From Pseudomonadota bacterium (GTDB lineage: Bacteria > Pseudomonadota > Alphaproteobacteria > RF32 > CAG-239), in the NCBI GenBank assembly GCA_918234285.1, contig CAKJXZ020000003.1, positions 70,933-134,932 on the forward strand: 64,000 nt of DNA. Reading direction: 5' to 3'. This document shows, one piece after another, positions 1-7,962 of this stretch. The notes beneath the pieces are model-generated. The model was not told the origin of the DNA. It saw nothing but the letters and a program-made list of their open reading frames with translations, and searched no databases. The translations under genes and the position numbers were made by a program. Every line of letters starts with the position of its first letter. The first letter of the stretch is position 1.

Positions 1-419
1 TTGACATAGATTTTTGAGGCATCATACGGCTGCCGCGGTTTAATCAACGTACCGTCCGGAAGCTTCAATCTGCCGTCGGAATAGAGCACACTCTTAAAAA
101 TCGGCTGACTTTCAAATCGTCGCAAAATTTCGGCACATCCGGCAAATTGTGTTTCTTCCATTTCCATAAATGCCGAAGCCTTACCGTTGGCATATTGCCG
201 CAAACCGTCTTCCTGCACGGCGGCATTAGGTGCCTTGCCTATAACAATGGCACGAGCCAATAATTCAAACTGATGATATTTAGAGGACTTACAAGCCAAA
301 CCCTGACCGGAAACAGCACCCAACGCATACATTTCCTCCTGATACGTTATCTGTTTGGCATTAACGGCAGATATGTTCAACAAACACAGCAAAGCCGCGC
401 CGAAAAATATTTTTTCCAT
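1..419 (-). CDS. hypothetical secreted protein (C-terminal part runs off the window start)
   Basis: ATG at 419..417 (complement). The frame stays open to position 1. The N-terminus MEKIFFGAALLCLLNISAVNAKQ looks like a Sec signal peptide. It is absent from the ORF track because it is truncated. Confidence 0.5.
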   Translation of the reverse strand, partial: MEKIFFGAALLCLLNISAVNAKQITYQEEMYALGAVSGQGLACKSSKYHQFELLARAIVIGKAPNAAVQEDGLRQYANGKASAFMEMEETQFAGCAEILRRFESQPIFKSVLYSDGRLKLPDGTLIKPRQPYDASKIYV

Positions 420-512
420 ACAATTCTCTCCGCAAATAAGTATACTTGGTCTTATTTATAGGGTATAATCTTAAAATATGTCTTAATTTTTTGCGATTTT
501 TCAAAAAATTGG

Positions 513-541
513 TTGACAAGTGCGGATAAATAGCTTATTTT
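513..541 (+). promoter_or_regulatory. candidate sigma70-type promoter of rpmJ
   Basis: TTGACA at 513..518, a 17-nt spacer, then TATTTT at 536..541, about 33 nt upstream of the rpmJ ATG. Confidence 0.4.
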
Positions 542-573
542 GCGCTCAAAACGTTTATATAAGGAATAAAAAA

Positions 574-699
574 ATGAAGTGCTATAGTTCTCTTAAATCT
601 AAGAAAGTACGCGATTTGAACTGCAAAATTGTACGCCGTAAAGGTCGTGTATATGTTATCAATAAAAAGAACCCGAAGCTCAAGGCTCGTCAGGGTTAA
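574..699 (+). CDS. rpmJ: 50S ribosomal protein bL36 (41-aa type)
   Basis: Translation [41 protein letters not shown] matches the L36 pattern. AAGGAA RBS at 561..566. Too short for the supplied ORF track. Confidence 0.9.
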   Translation: MKCYSSLKSKKVRDLNCKIVRRKGRVYVINKKNPKLKARQG

Positions 700-731
700 T
701 TGATTATATAACAATCTCCTTTGTTATAAAA

Positions 732-758
732 GCCTCTCCTCGCGGGGAGGTTTTTTTA
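732..758 (+). terminator. rho-independent terminator after rpmJ
   Basis: Hairpin CCTCTCC-TCGC-GGGGAGG followed by a T7 run. Confidence 0.7.
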
Positions 759-773
759 TAGCGAATCGGCAAA

Positions 774-819
774 TAAAAAAACATCCGGCTTTTTTGCGCG
801 AGGGCACCGGATGTTTTTT
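774..819. terminator. bidirectional hairpin terminator
   Basis: AAAAAAACATCCGG ... CCGGATGTTTTTT, with A-run/T-run arms on both sides. It lies between rpmJ and the convergent ORF 852..1115. Confidence 0.55.
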
Positions 820-851
820 AAAGTAAGTCAAAGAATTTTCATTGCCGTCGC

Positions 852-1115
852 TCAGGCAACAACTATCTCTTTCTGAATCGCGCGGACGGCAGGCATCAGC
901 TTGCGGTCGGCGAAAATAATCGAATCACAGGCGGCGATAAACTCTGCCTTGAAGGATTCACGTTTCTCGACCTCACGGGCGAGATACTGTTTTTTGAGTT
1001 CAACTTTATTGTTAGAAGACAATAAGTCTCTCACGGCCTGCTGTAAACCATAGGCCTTCAACTCCTTTCTGTACTTAGAGCAGAAAGAATGGTCTAAAAT
1101 TTGTTTTTCTTCCAT
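852..1115 (-). CDS. hypothetical small protein (87 aa)
   Basis: Track ORF 852..1250 trimmed to the internal ATG (MEEKQILDH...). The upstream 45 codons are low-complexity and overlap the AT-rich promoter region. No family recognised. Confidence 0.5.
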   Translation of the reverse strand: MEEKQILDHSFCSKYRKELKAYGLQQAVRDLLSSNNKVELKKQYLAREVEKRESFKAEFIAACDSIIFADRKLMPAVRAIQKEIVVA

Positions 1116-1290
1116 AAATAAATTTTTTGATATATATATTTGGTTTGATAAAAATAATCTGAATAATAAAATTGACAAAAGACAATATAACAGTATCCAT
1201 AACAAATTGCAAGCCCTTAATTTAAAAAAATTACAAATAGTGATTGACAATGCCGTTTTTTTATGTAATTTTCTGTTTTGAAAAGCCGAT

Positions 1291-1367
1291 GCGCTCTTAG
1301 CTCAGCAGGATAGAGCAACAGCCTTCTAAGCTGTGGGTCGGGCGTTCGAATCGCCCAGAGCGCGCCA
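1291..1367 (+). tRNA. tRNA-Arg (anticodon TCT), CCA encoded
   Basis: Acceptor GCGCTCT/AGAGCGC. Anticodon arm ACAGC-CTTCTAA-GCTGT. T arm GGGCG-TTCGAAT-CGCCC. Discriminator G followed by CCA. Confidence 0.93.
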
Positions 1368-1410
1368 TATACCCAAAAAGACCACCCTCGAGGTGGTCTT
1401 TTTGGGTATA
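1368..1410 (+). terminator. long hairpin immediately after tRNA-Arg
   Basis: TATACCCAAAAAGACCACC-CTCGA-GGTGGTCTTTTTGGGTATA, a near-perfect inverted repeat. Confidence 0.7.
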
Positions 1411-1416
1411 TGAAGT

Positions 1417-1664
1417 CGCTCTGGTGGGAAGAGAACGCCCTCGTTCGGGGCCGTGTCGGCCGCCCGCAGCGGGGGCGGACGGTGTAGGCCGTCGTGAGCG
1501 TAAGCGAAGGACAATCGCCCGGAGCACGCCGTTTAGGTATTTTTTTATAATCTCGCTCTGGTGAGAAGAGAACGCTCTCGTTCGGAGCCGTGTCGTCCGA
1601 CCGCAGCGGGGGCGGACGGTGTAGGCTGTCGTGAGCGTAAGCGAAGGACTATCGCCCAGAGCGC
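1417..1664 (+). repeat. two tandem 111-nt GC-rich tRNA-Arg-derived structured units (1417..1527 and 1554..1664, period 137)
   Basis: The units differ at about 9 positions. Each starts CGCTCTGG and ends ATCGCCC(A/G)GAGC(G/A)C, which matches the tRNA-Arg acceptor strand and 3' end. The interior is unrelated to the tRNA. Confidence 0.8.
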
Positions 1665-1669
1665 TCTGC

Positions 1670-1698
1670 TTTTTTACCACCCTTGAGGTGGTTTTTTC
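1670..1698 (+). terminator. hairpin terminator after repeat unit 2
   Basis: ACCACCCTTGAGGTGG plus a T-run. The core is nearly identical to the hairpin after tRNA-Arg (ACCACCCTCGAGGTGG). Confidence 0.65.
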
Positions 1699-1733
1699 TT
1701 TACAAACTTTTACAAATATCATACATTTCAACC

Positions 1734-2744
1734 ATGAAACTATACAAACAAGACATTATCCGCCTCTTAAGCGACGAACAAAATCAAGAAGATTTGTTCC
1801 GAAAGGCTGATGCGGTTCGCAAACAATACGTCGGCGACGAAGTACACTTGCGCGGACTTATCGAATTCTCCAACATTTGCCGCAACAACTGTATGTATTG
1901 CGGGATTCGCCGCGACAATTCGCAACTTGCCCGCTATCGCATGAGCGAAGACGAACTGATTGAAACCGCACGCAAGGCGGCCGATATGGGCTTTAAGACC
2001 ATCGTAATGCAATCGGGCGAAGATGTATGGTTTTCGCGCGACCGTATGTGTCGCATTGTCGAGGCCATCAAAAAATTTAATGTTGCCATCACGCTTTCGG
2101 TCGGCGAACGCGATTATGACGACTACAAAGCCTGGTTTGATGCCGGCGCCGACCGCTATTTGATGCGCATTGAAACCACCGACAAAGACTTATATCATCG
2201 GCTCGACCCGGGGATGAGCTGGCAACACCGCCACGATTGTCTGCTGGCTATAAAAGAAATCGGCTACGAACTCGGCTCGGGAATTATGGTCGGTTTGCCG
2301 GAGCAATCCGTGGAATCCATCGCCGAAGATTTGCTTTATCTTAAAAAAATCGGAGTTGATATGGCCGGTATCGGTCCGTTTATTCCGCACCCGCAAACTC
2401 CGCTCAAAGACGCCGCCGGCGGCACTCTCGATTTGGCTCGTCGCACTATGGCAATTATGCGCTTAATCATGCCGGATATCAACATTCCGGCCACCACCGC
2501 CATGGAGAGCCTGCACCCGATGGGGCGTATTTGGACTTTGCAAAGCGGCGCCAACGTGGTTATGCCGAATGTGACCGAAGGCGAATATCGCAAGCTTTAC
2601 GAACTGTATCCGGGCAAAATCTGTGTGGACGACACCCCGCTCCACTGCAAAACCTGTATCGGTGCCAAAATCATGAGTATCGGTCGTACCATCGGCCAAG
2701 GTTACGGCGGACATGCCGGAAAATTGCCGCACCCGACAAAATAA
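1734..2744 (+). CDS. hydE: radical SAM protein, [FeFe]-hydrogenase maturase HydE-like (BioB/HydE family)
   Basis: CRNNCMYCGIRRDN is a CxxxCxxC radical-SAM motif in the context LRGLIEFSNIC...YRM, with a BioB/HydE-like body. The start was moved to the ATG at 1734 (MKLYKQD). The ORF-track start lies inside the terminator. Confidence 0.6.
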   Translation: MKLYKQDIIRLLSDEQNQEDLFRKADAVRKQYVGDEVHLRGLIEFSNICRNNCMYCGIRRDNSQLARYRMSEDELIETARKAADMGFKTIVMQSGEDVWFSRDRMCRIVEAIKKFNVAITLSVGERDYDDYKAWFDAGADRYLMRIETTDKDLYHRLDPGMSWQHRHDCLLAIKEIGYELGSGIMVGLPEQSVESIAEDLLYLKKIGVDMAGIGPFIPHPQTPLKDAAGGTLDLARRTMAIMRLIMPDINIPATTAMESLHPMGRIWTLQSGANVVMPNVTEGEYRKLYELYPGKICVDDTPLHCKTCIGAKIMSIGRTIGQGYGGHAGKLPHPTK

Positions 2745-2753
2745 AAGCTCAGC

Positions 2754-3218
2754 TTAATTCACATCGCCCAAAACAACGGTTTCTTTAATCTTTTCAAGGT
2801 GTTGTAAATACGGAATTATTGCTTTCGGATAAAAATCGGAAGTCGCCAGTTTATCGAGCTCTATCCATTTTATTTTCTGCTCGTCGCTGTCCGGCTCGCT
2901 GCCGTTGCCGAGCGTTGAAAAATCGGCAACTTCGCATTCAAACATCAGCTCGGACAAATGAAAGCAATCCAAATCATACGGCTGGTCATGATTCTTGGCA
3001 ATATAGTCCCGCGCCAACACCAAACGCCGCGGCTTAACTTCCAGATTAAGTTCTTCTTTGCACTCGCGAATGATGGTTTCCTCCATGGTTTCGCCCCATT
3101 CCTGCCCTCCGCCCGGCAATTTGCAATAGCGCCCGCGCCCGTAATCGACACTCACCGTCAACAACTTATTGTCTTTTATGATGACGGCCTTGACCGAATG
3201 CTTAAAAAACTTTTCCAT
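2754..3218 (-). CDS. NUDIX hydrolase
   Basis: Nudix box GGGQEWGETMEETIIRECKEELNL (GX5EX7REUXEEXGU). Confidence 0.85.
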   Translation of the reverse strand: MEKFFKHSVKAVIIKDNKLLTVSVDYGRGRYCKLPGGGQEWGETMEETIIRECKEELNLEVKPRRLVLARDYIAKNHDQPYDLDCFHLSELMFECEVADFSTLGNGSEPDSDEQKIKWIELDKLATSDFYPKAIIPYLQHLEKIKETVVLGDVN

Positions 3219-3355
3219 AACTTATTCCCTCAAACGACAATATGTTGCAGTATATCAGCCATCCGCCGCTTGTAAACACAAAAGTGAGCCGCTTGCCTTC
3301 AAAAATATTTGATTTTGGCGGCAAATCATGGCATAATCAGGTCAAAGGAGCGATT

Positions 3356-4360
3356 ATGACGGATTTTGCAAACAATAAAATCAAACAACGCAAAGTGTAT
3401 AAATACATTTTGAGCAACCTGTTTTATTTGGCGATTGCTTCCGCCGCCGGCGATGCGCGAGCACAAACCGCTACCGCTTCCGACAGCATTCCGCAAAATA
3501 AAAACAAAACCGGTTTGAGTGCCGGAGTTGATAATATTTCGGCCTTAACCGTCGAAAAAGATGCCACCGTTTTTTATAACAATCTTCAGCCGTATGTCGA
3601 GGCTCATGCCGAAAATTTCCACGGATACTATGCCGATTTTGCCGCATTGGTGGAAATTACCTTGCATAATGACGATCCGGTCACTTCGGTACTCAGCAAA
3701 TTTACGGCCGAACTCGGCAAAAAATTAAATAACGGCGGCGAATTATTTGTAAAAGTCGGTCGTGAAGAAACTCAAGACGCCGATGTTTCCGAACATGCCA
3801 TCGACTATATGGCCGAAAACGATATTGAAGATTTCGGCAACAGTGTTGAGCGTTTGGTTTTCGGTTTCAAAGATAAAAACGGCAATTACCTCGAAGCCGG
3901 TACCGTCTGGGATACCGGCACCGGCAAATACATCATCTGCCCCGACAAAGATACCGCCGATTTTTGGGGACGCGGCCACTTGTCAATCTTGAACAAAAGT
4001 AATGTCGGCATCTCCGTAGAAGCTGCTACCCGTCTAGGCGCACACCATCGCCTCGGTATCGCCGCTGCCACCCTTGAAACAGCCGGCGGATTTGGTCTCA
4101 AAACTCTGTTTGAGCGCGACTTTACCAACAACGAAAATAAAGAGCTGGTGCGGATTTATAAAAACCTGAAAAACGGCACCGCTGTCATCGGTGAATTGGT
4201 GCATGCCGGCGAAGGTCGCGGAGTTGATTTGCGTTTGGGACTGGGTAAAAAAGGTATGCAGATTTATGCGCAATACAACACGGAAAATAAAGCCCCTAGT
4301 GCCGGACTTTCATATACTTTCGGCCTCAAAAAAGACCTTCGTGGCAAAAAGTTGCGTTAA
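3356..4360 (+). CDS. hypothetical exported protein
   Basis: ATG at 3356 preceded by AAAGGAG. An N-terminal hydrophobic segment ends AGDARAQ, which looks like a signal peptide. No family recognised. Confidence 0.6.
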   Translation: MTDFANNKIKQRKVYKYILSNLFYLAIASAAGDARAQTATASDSIPQNKNKTGLSAGVDNISALTVEKDATVFYNNLQPYVEAHAENFHGYYADFAALVEITLHNDDPVTSVLSKFTAELGKKLNNGGELFVKVGREETQDADVSEHAIDYMAENDIEDFGNSVERLVFGFKDKNGNYLEAGTVWDTGTGKYIICPDKDTADFWGRGHLSILNKSNVGISVEAATRLGAHHRLGIAAATLETAGGFGLKTLFERDFTNNENKELVRIYKNLKNGTAVIGELVHAGEGRGVDLRLGLGKKGMQIYAQYNTENKAPSAGLSYTFGLKKDLRGKKLR

Positions 4361-4432
4361 CCGCATCCCCGTTATTTTGTTTTAATCGCCGGTTACGGAC
4401 AAGCAATCGCCACAGATATTTTTATCAAGCAA

Positions 4433-4942
4433 CTAAATACACTTCGGGCAATCTTTTACCGACCCCGTGCATTTTTTGAACAACTTGTTGCAACAATCGG
4501 CGCTCCACACCGGATATTCCTCCAGCTGATACTTACCGCAATAACCCTTTGCTCTGATAACAACACAATCGTTTTCGGTTGCATCCTTGCAGCATTTTTT
4601 TACCGGCGAATACGGATATGCCGCATATTCGCCCTCTCCGCAATAATGAGCGACGCCGCCTCCGCTCCGGCAACTATTTTCCGTTTCGTCCGTGCAACAA
4701 TAATCAGTTGTAGTCGTCGTTGCCGAATGCGGATAGTCTTTCCAATCTCCCTTGCCGCAATCTTCGATTTTATCGCTGATAATAACGCAATCGCCTTTAT
4801 CGGCTTCTTTACAACATTTTTTCGTCACCGCAAAACCGACGGGACACGGCCGGCAATTCGGATCAATGCAAGCCTCCGCCCGTGACACGTACAAAAATCC
4901 CGCACCAATAAGCAACACTGCCGTCAACAATCTTTTTTTCAT
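4433..4942 (-). CDS. cysteine-rich modular secreted protein
   Basis: Signal peptide MKKRLLTAVLLIGAGFLYVSRAEA. The mature part holds 20 Cys, with three to four modules of the form CC-x7-C-x9/10-C-G-x-G/Y...YP. Start chosen at the second ATG, which is better spaced from GAAGG. Confidence 0.7.
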   Translation of the reverse strand: MKKRLLTAVLLIGAGFLYVSRAEACIDPNCRPCPVGFAVTKKCCKEADKGDCVIISDKIEDCGKGDWKDYPHSATTTTTDYCCTDETENSCRSGGGVAHYCGEGEYAAYPYSPVKKCCKDATENDCVVIRAKGYCGKYQLEEYPVWSADCCNKLFKKCTGSVKDCPKCI

Positions 4943-5251
4943 CACAACCATCCTTCGCTAAATCAAGAACTACCGTTCCAAATCATTTTTCGTCGCATTC
5001 TTTGTAACTTACGGTGTAGTATCGGATTTATTTCTCGGCATATTACTTCTCCCTTATTGCAACACGTAAACAATATACCGCAATCGGCAAAAACTGTCAA
5101 TACGCTAACTTTCGAGCAAATCTTTAAGCTCAGTCATCGCGCAAAAAATATGTTTAACTCCGTCAAAATCCCATATTATCAATTCTATTGTCATACCGAC
5201 TGCTTTTGTTTGATTTTATTGAAACGGGTGTAATATATTCAGGCGCTCCAT

Positions 5252-5749
5252 TTATATAACGGGGATAAACAGCTTTACGTTGCCGACAAAACCATCACAT
5301 TCTTCGGTATTGCCAAACCCCATCCGGCAACTCACGTATATCTTATCTTTGATTTTATGCAGCGGTTGCAACTCTAGGTGCCCGTAAAACAAATTATTAT
5401 TAATCTGCTTTTTGAATTTAATTTTTTCAAACTCCAAAATATACACCCGACGACGATGTTCATTAAATTCATCGGGCGTTATGTCGGCATAAAACGGAAA
5501 CATCTTTTTTTCTATACCGGCCAAAAGTGCGACATATATCATCTGATTAAAGCACATCAACGCTTCAACCGCATTAAAATGTCCGGAACCCGGAGACAGA
5601 TAGCACGATTCTTTTATGGAAAACTGCGCCGTTAAGTTTACAATGTCAGCCGTATTATAAACCTGTGCCTGTGTTATATAACGCGTGTTTTTCGCAATAT
5701 AGGTAACCAAGGCTTTATTGATTATTTCTTCCGCTACGTTTTTTTCCAT
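5252..5749 (-). CDS. hotdog-fold protein (FcoT-like thioesterase/dehydratase-like, tentative)
   Basis: The segment SGHFNAVEALMCFNQM resembles the hotdog active-site helix region. The assignment is from memory only. Confidence 0.45.
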   Translation of the reverse strand: MEKNVAEEIINKALVTYIAKNTRYITQAQVYNTADIVNLTAQFSIKESCYLSPGSGHFNAVEALMCFNQMIYVALLAGIEKKMFPFYADITPDEFNEHRRRVYILEFEKIKFKKQINNNLFYGHLELQPLHKIKDKIYVSCRMGFGNTEECDGFVGNVKLFIPVI

Positions 5750-5768
5750 CAGTCAAATCCCTTTAAAT

Positions 5769-5897
5769 TTATCTGAGCAACTCGACATCGCCGAATTTAT
5801 CATGAGGAGAAAACGCATCACGATTATTCTTCGCGTTTCCGTCTTCATCGAGCCCGACGACAAACCCGTCTTCTTCGCCCTGTTTGATAATTGCCAC
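5769..5897 (-). pseudogene. remnant copy of the 3' end of gene 7963..9141
   Basis: Encodes (V)AIIKQGEEDGFVVGLDEDGNAKNNRDAFSPHDKFGDVELLR*, compared with ...AIIRKGEEDGFVVGLDEDGNAKNNRDTFSPHDKFGDVELLM* at 7963..8090. Only a GTG is available as a start and no RBS is seen. Confidence 0.6.
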
Positions 5898-5914
5898 GAC
5901 ATTTTTATTTTCGC

Positions 5915-7804
5915 TTATTTGTTTTTAGGCCGGTGAAATTCCAAAATCAGCATTGTAATGTCATCAGATTGCGGGGCTTTTTTCACAAAGTTTTTAATAT
6001 TTTTATACTCATAAATCAAGGTATCATCCAACGACATTTCTTTTTGGTTTAACGTACTTTTCAGGCGCTCCTCGCCAAACATCCGAAAATCTTTATCTTG
6101 AGCTTCGGTCACACCGTCGGTATATAAAAACAGGCGATCCTTATCATGCAACACAAACGTTCTGCTTTTATATTTATAACCCGGTGCGGCACCTAATATC
6201 AAATTACTATTCATATCAATATATTCATAACCGCTCTTTGTTTTATGCAAAGGCGGACAGTGCCCGGCATTGATATATTGAACCTCACCGCTTTCCAAAT
6301 CCAAAACCCCGACAAAAGCCGTCACAAACATTCCGGATTGGTTATCACAAAGCGTATCGTTGGCTTTGTTTATGGCCTCTTCTATCGGATAGCCGGCTTG
6401 CAACATATTTTTAATGGCGGTTTTGGCCGACATCATATACAAGGCGGCAGTGATTCCTTTTCCCGATACATCCGCCACCACAAAAGCCTGATGTTTATCA
6501 TCAATCGAGAAGAAATCATAGAAGTCCCCGCCAACCTCTCGCGCCGGTGTCATAGAAGCCGCCAACTCAAAATGCTCACCGCGCGGAAAATCCGTAGGCA
6601 AAGTAGAGGTCTGAATACTCTTGGCAATAGCCAGTTCCGATTCAATTCTTTCTTTTTCTCTGGAGATTTGCGCCAACTTGGTCAGATGCGTCTTGATATC
6701 GGTTTTCATCTTATTAAATGCTTCCGCCAACTGCGCCAATTCGGAAGGTTTATCCAATTTAATGCTTTCATCCAAATCGCCCCGACTGATTTTCTGAGCA
6801 ATTTGCGTTAATTTTGAAATCGGCTCGTTGATATTGCGTCGTAAAACCCAAAACAGAATCCCGACAATCAAAAGTGTACTGACCAGCAAAACACTCAGCA
6901 AAACGCTCAAATGGTGCACTGCCGTATGAAACAACTCAAACAACGGAACATTAACAATCAAAAACAGACCGTTTTTCAGTTGCTTAATATAAGGAACATA
7001 TTTCACTCCCTTATATTTAAACACCTTTCCCTCTTTTAATGTCGCAGAATACCATTGCAACGTATCCAAAGATTTACCCATAATTGACGAGTTATCAATG
7101 TTCGGCTCGGTTGTTGCCATAATATAATCGCTGGCCTTGTCGGCAAACAACACAAAACTGTTAGCTGTCGGTCTGATTTCCGTAATAGATTTCAGAATCG
7201 TATCCAAATCCCAATCCACCGTTGCCATCCCGATTAAATTTTCTTTATCGTAGATGCCGGCACCGACAGTTGCCATCAAATTTCCGAGTTGGCTGCTTTT
7301 ATACGGTTTTGTCCAAGAAATCTGTTGTCCGTTCCGCAAATCTGCCAAAATTTTACTGTACCAATCTTGTTCAAAATATTTAAAAGTGCCTTTTTCACAC
7401 GAAGCCAGCAAATCAATCGTGCCGTCTGTTTCGCGAAAGGCATGAATGCACCCTTCTTTTTGATTTTCATATATTTTATAAGGCTTAAAATAAATACCGT
7501 TACCCATGGAATTCGGATAATTCCGCAAAATTTGTTTGGTTGAAAACTCGCCAATCTCGGCTTGTTTGCCGTTATGATAATAGATTTCGCCCATCAGCGC
7601 CAAATCCAGCGCATTTTTTTCCAACGCGGTAATCTCGGTATTAATCTGTCTTTCAAAGGTGGCAATGGAAGCGTTATTGGCCTCAATAATCAACTCTTTG
7701 TCGTTATAAAAAGCAATAACCGCGGCGCTGGTTACAATAATCCCCAAGGCGCACAACAAAGAAAAAGTTAAAACAATAATTTTTGAATTGATACTTTTCA
7801 GCAT
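5915..7804 (-). CDS. membrane sensor: extracytoplasmic Cache-like domain, HAMP, and PP2C/SpoIIE-type Ser/Thr phosphatase (RsbU-like)
   Basis: N-terminal TM, a roughly 270-aa periplasmic region, a second TM, a HAMP-like segment (NINEPISKLTQIAQKISRGDLD), then GGDFYDFF...VADVSGKGITAALYM...DGVTEA, which are typical SpoIIE/PPM motifs. Confidence 0.85.
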   Translation of the reverse strand: MLKSINSKIIVLTFSLLCALGIIVTSAAVIAFYNDKELIIEANNASIATFERQINTEITALEKNALDLALMGEIYYHNGKQAEIGEFSTKQILRNYPNSMGNGIYFKPYKIYENQKEGCIHAFRETDGTIDLLASCEKGTFKYFEQDWYSKILADLRNGQQISWTKPYKSSQLGNLMATVGAGIYDKENLIGMATVDWDLDTILKSITEIRPTANSFVLFADKASDYIMATTEPNIDNSSIMGKSLDTLQWYSATLKEGKVFKYKGVKYVPYIKQLKNGLFLIVNVPLFELFHTAVHHLSVLLSVLLVSTLLIVGILFWVLRRNINEPISKLTQIAQKISRGDLDESIKLDKPSELAQLAEAFNKMKTDIKTHLTKLAQISREKERIESELAIAKSIQTSTLPTDFPRGEHFELAASMTPAREVGGDFYDFFSIDDKHQAFVVADVSGKGITAALYMMSAKTAIKNMLQAGYPIEEAINKANDTLCDNQSGMFVTAFVGVLDLESGEVQYINAGHCPPLHKTKSGYEYIDMNSNLILGAAPGYKYKSRTFVLHDKDRLFLYTDGVTEAQDKDFRMFGEERLKSTLNQKEMSLDDTLIYEYKNIKNFVKKAPQSDDITMLILEFHRPKNK

Positions 7805-7962
7805 ATTTTTCTTCTTTTAAACGGTATTGATTAAATCTCTAAATCTTCGCAATGTTAACAACGATTACGCTAATTGTCAATAAAGTTTATCTTATGCAAA
7901 GCCGCCGTATTATTTGCCGAACGCTTTGTTGATTATTCCTTCGCCGCGTTTTTCCGTTAATT

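Noticed and set aside
1417-1664. A possible CRISPR array, considered for this site and for the 17348..17622, 37668..37899 and 48653..48895 repeat stacks.
   Set aside because: The units are 60-137 nt, internally structured and degenerate. They lack short identical repeats alternating with unique spacers, and no cas genes are present.
1297-1731. ORFs running through the tRNA-proximal repeats: 1297..1731 (-), 1326..1514 (-), 9589..10041 (+), 9675..10103 (+), 9758..9961 (-) and 9847..10077 (-).
   Set aside because: They overlap tRNA genes and tandem GC-rich repeats. The translations are Arg/Pro/Gly-rich repeat artefacts with no RBS.
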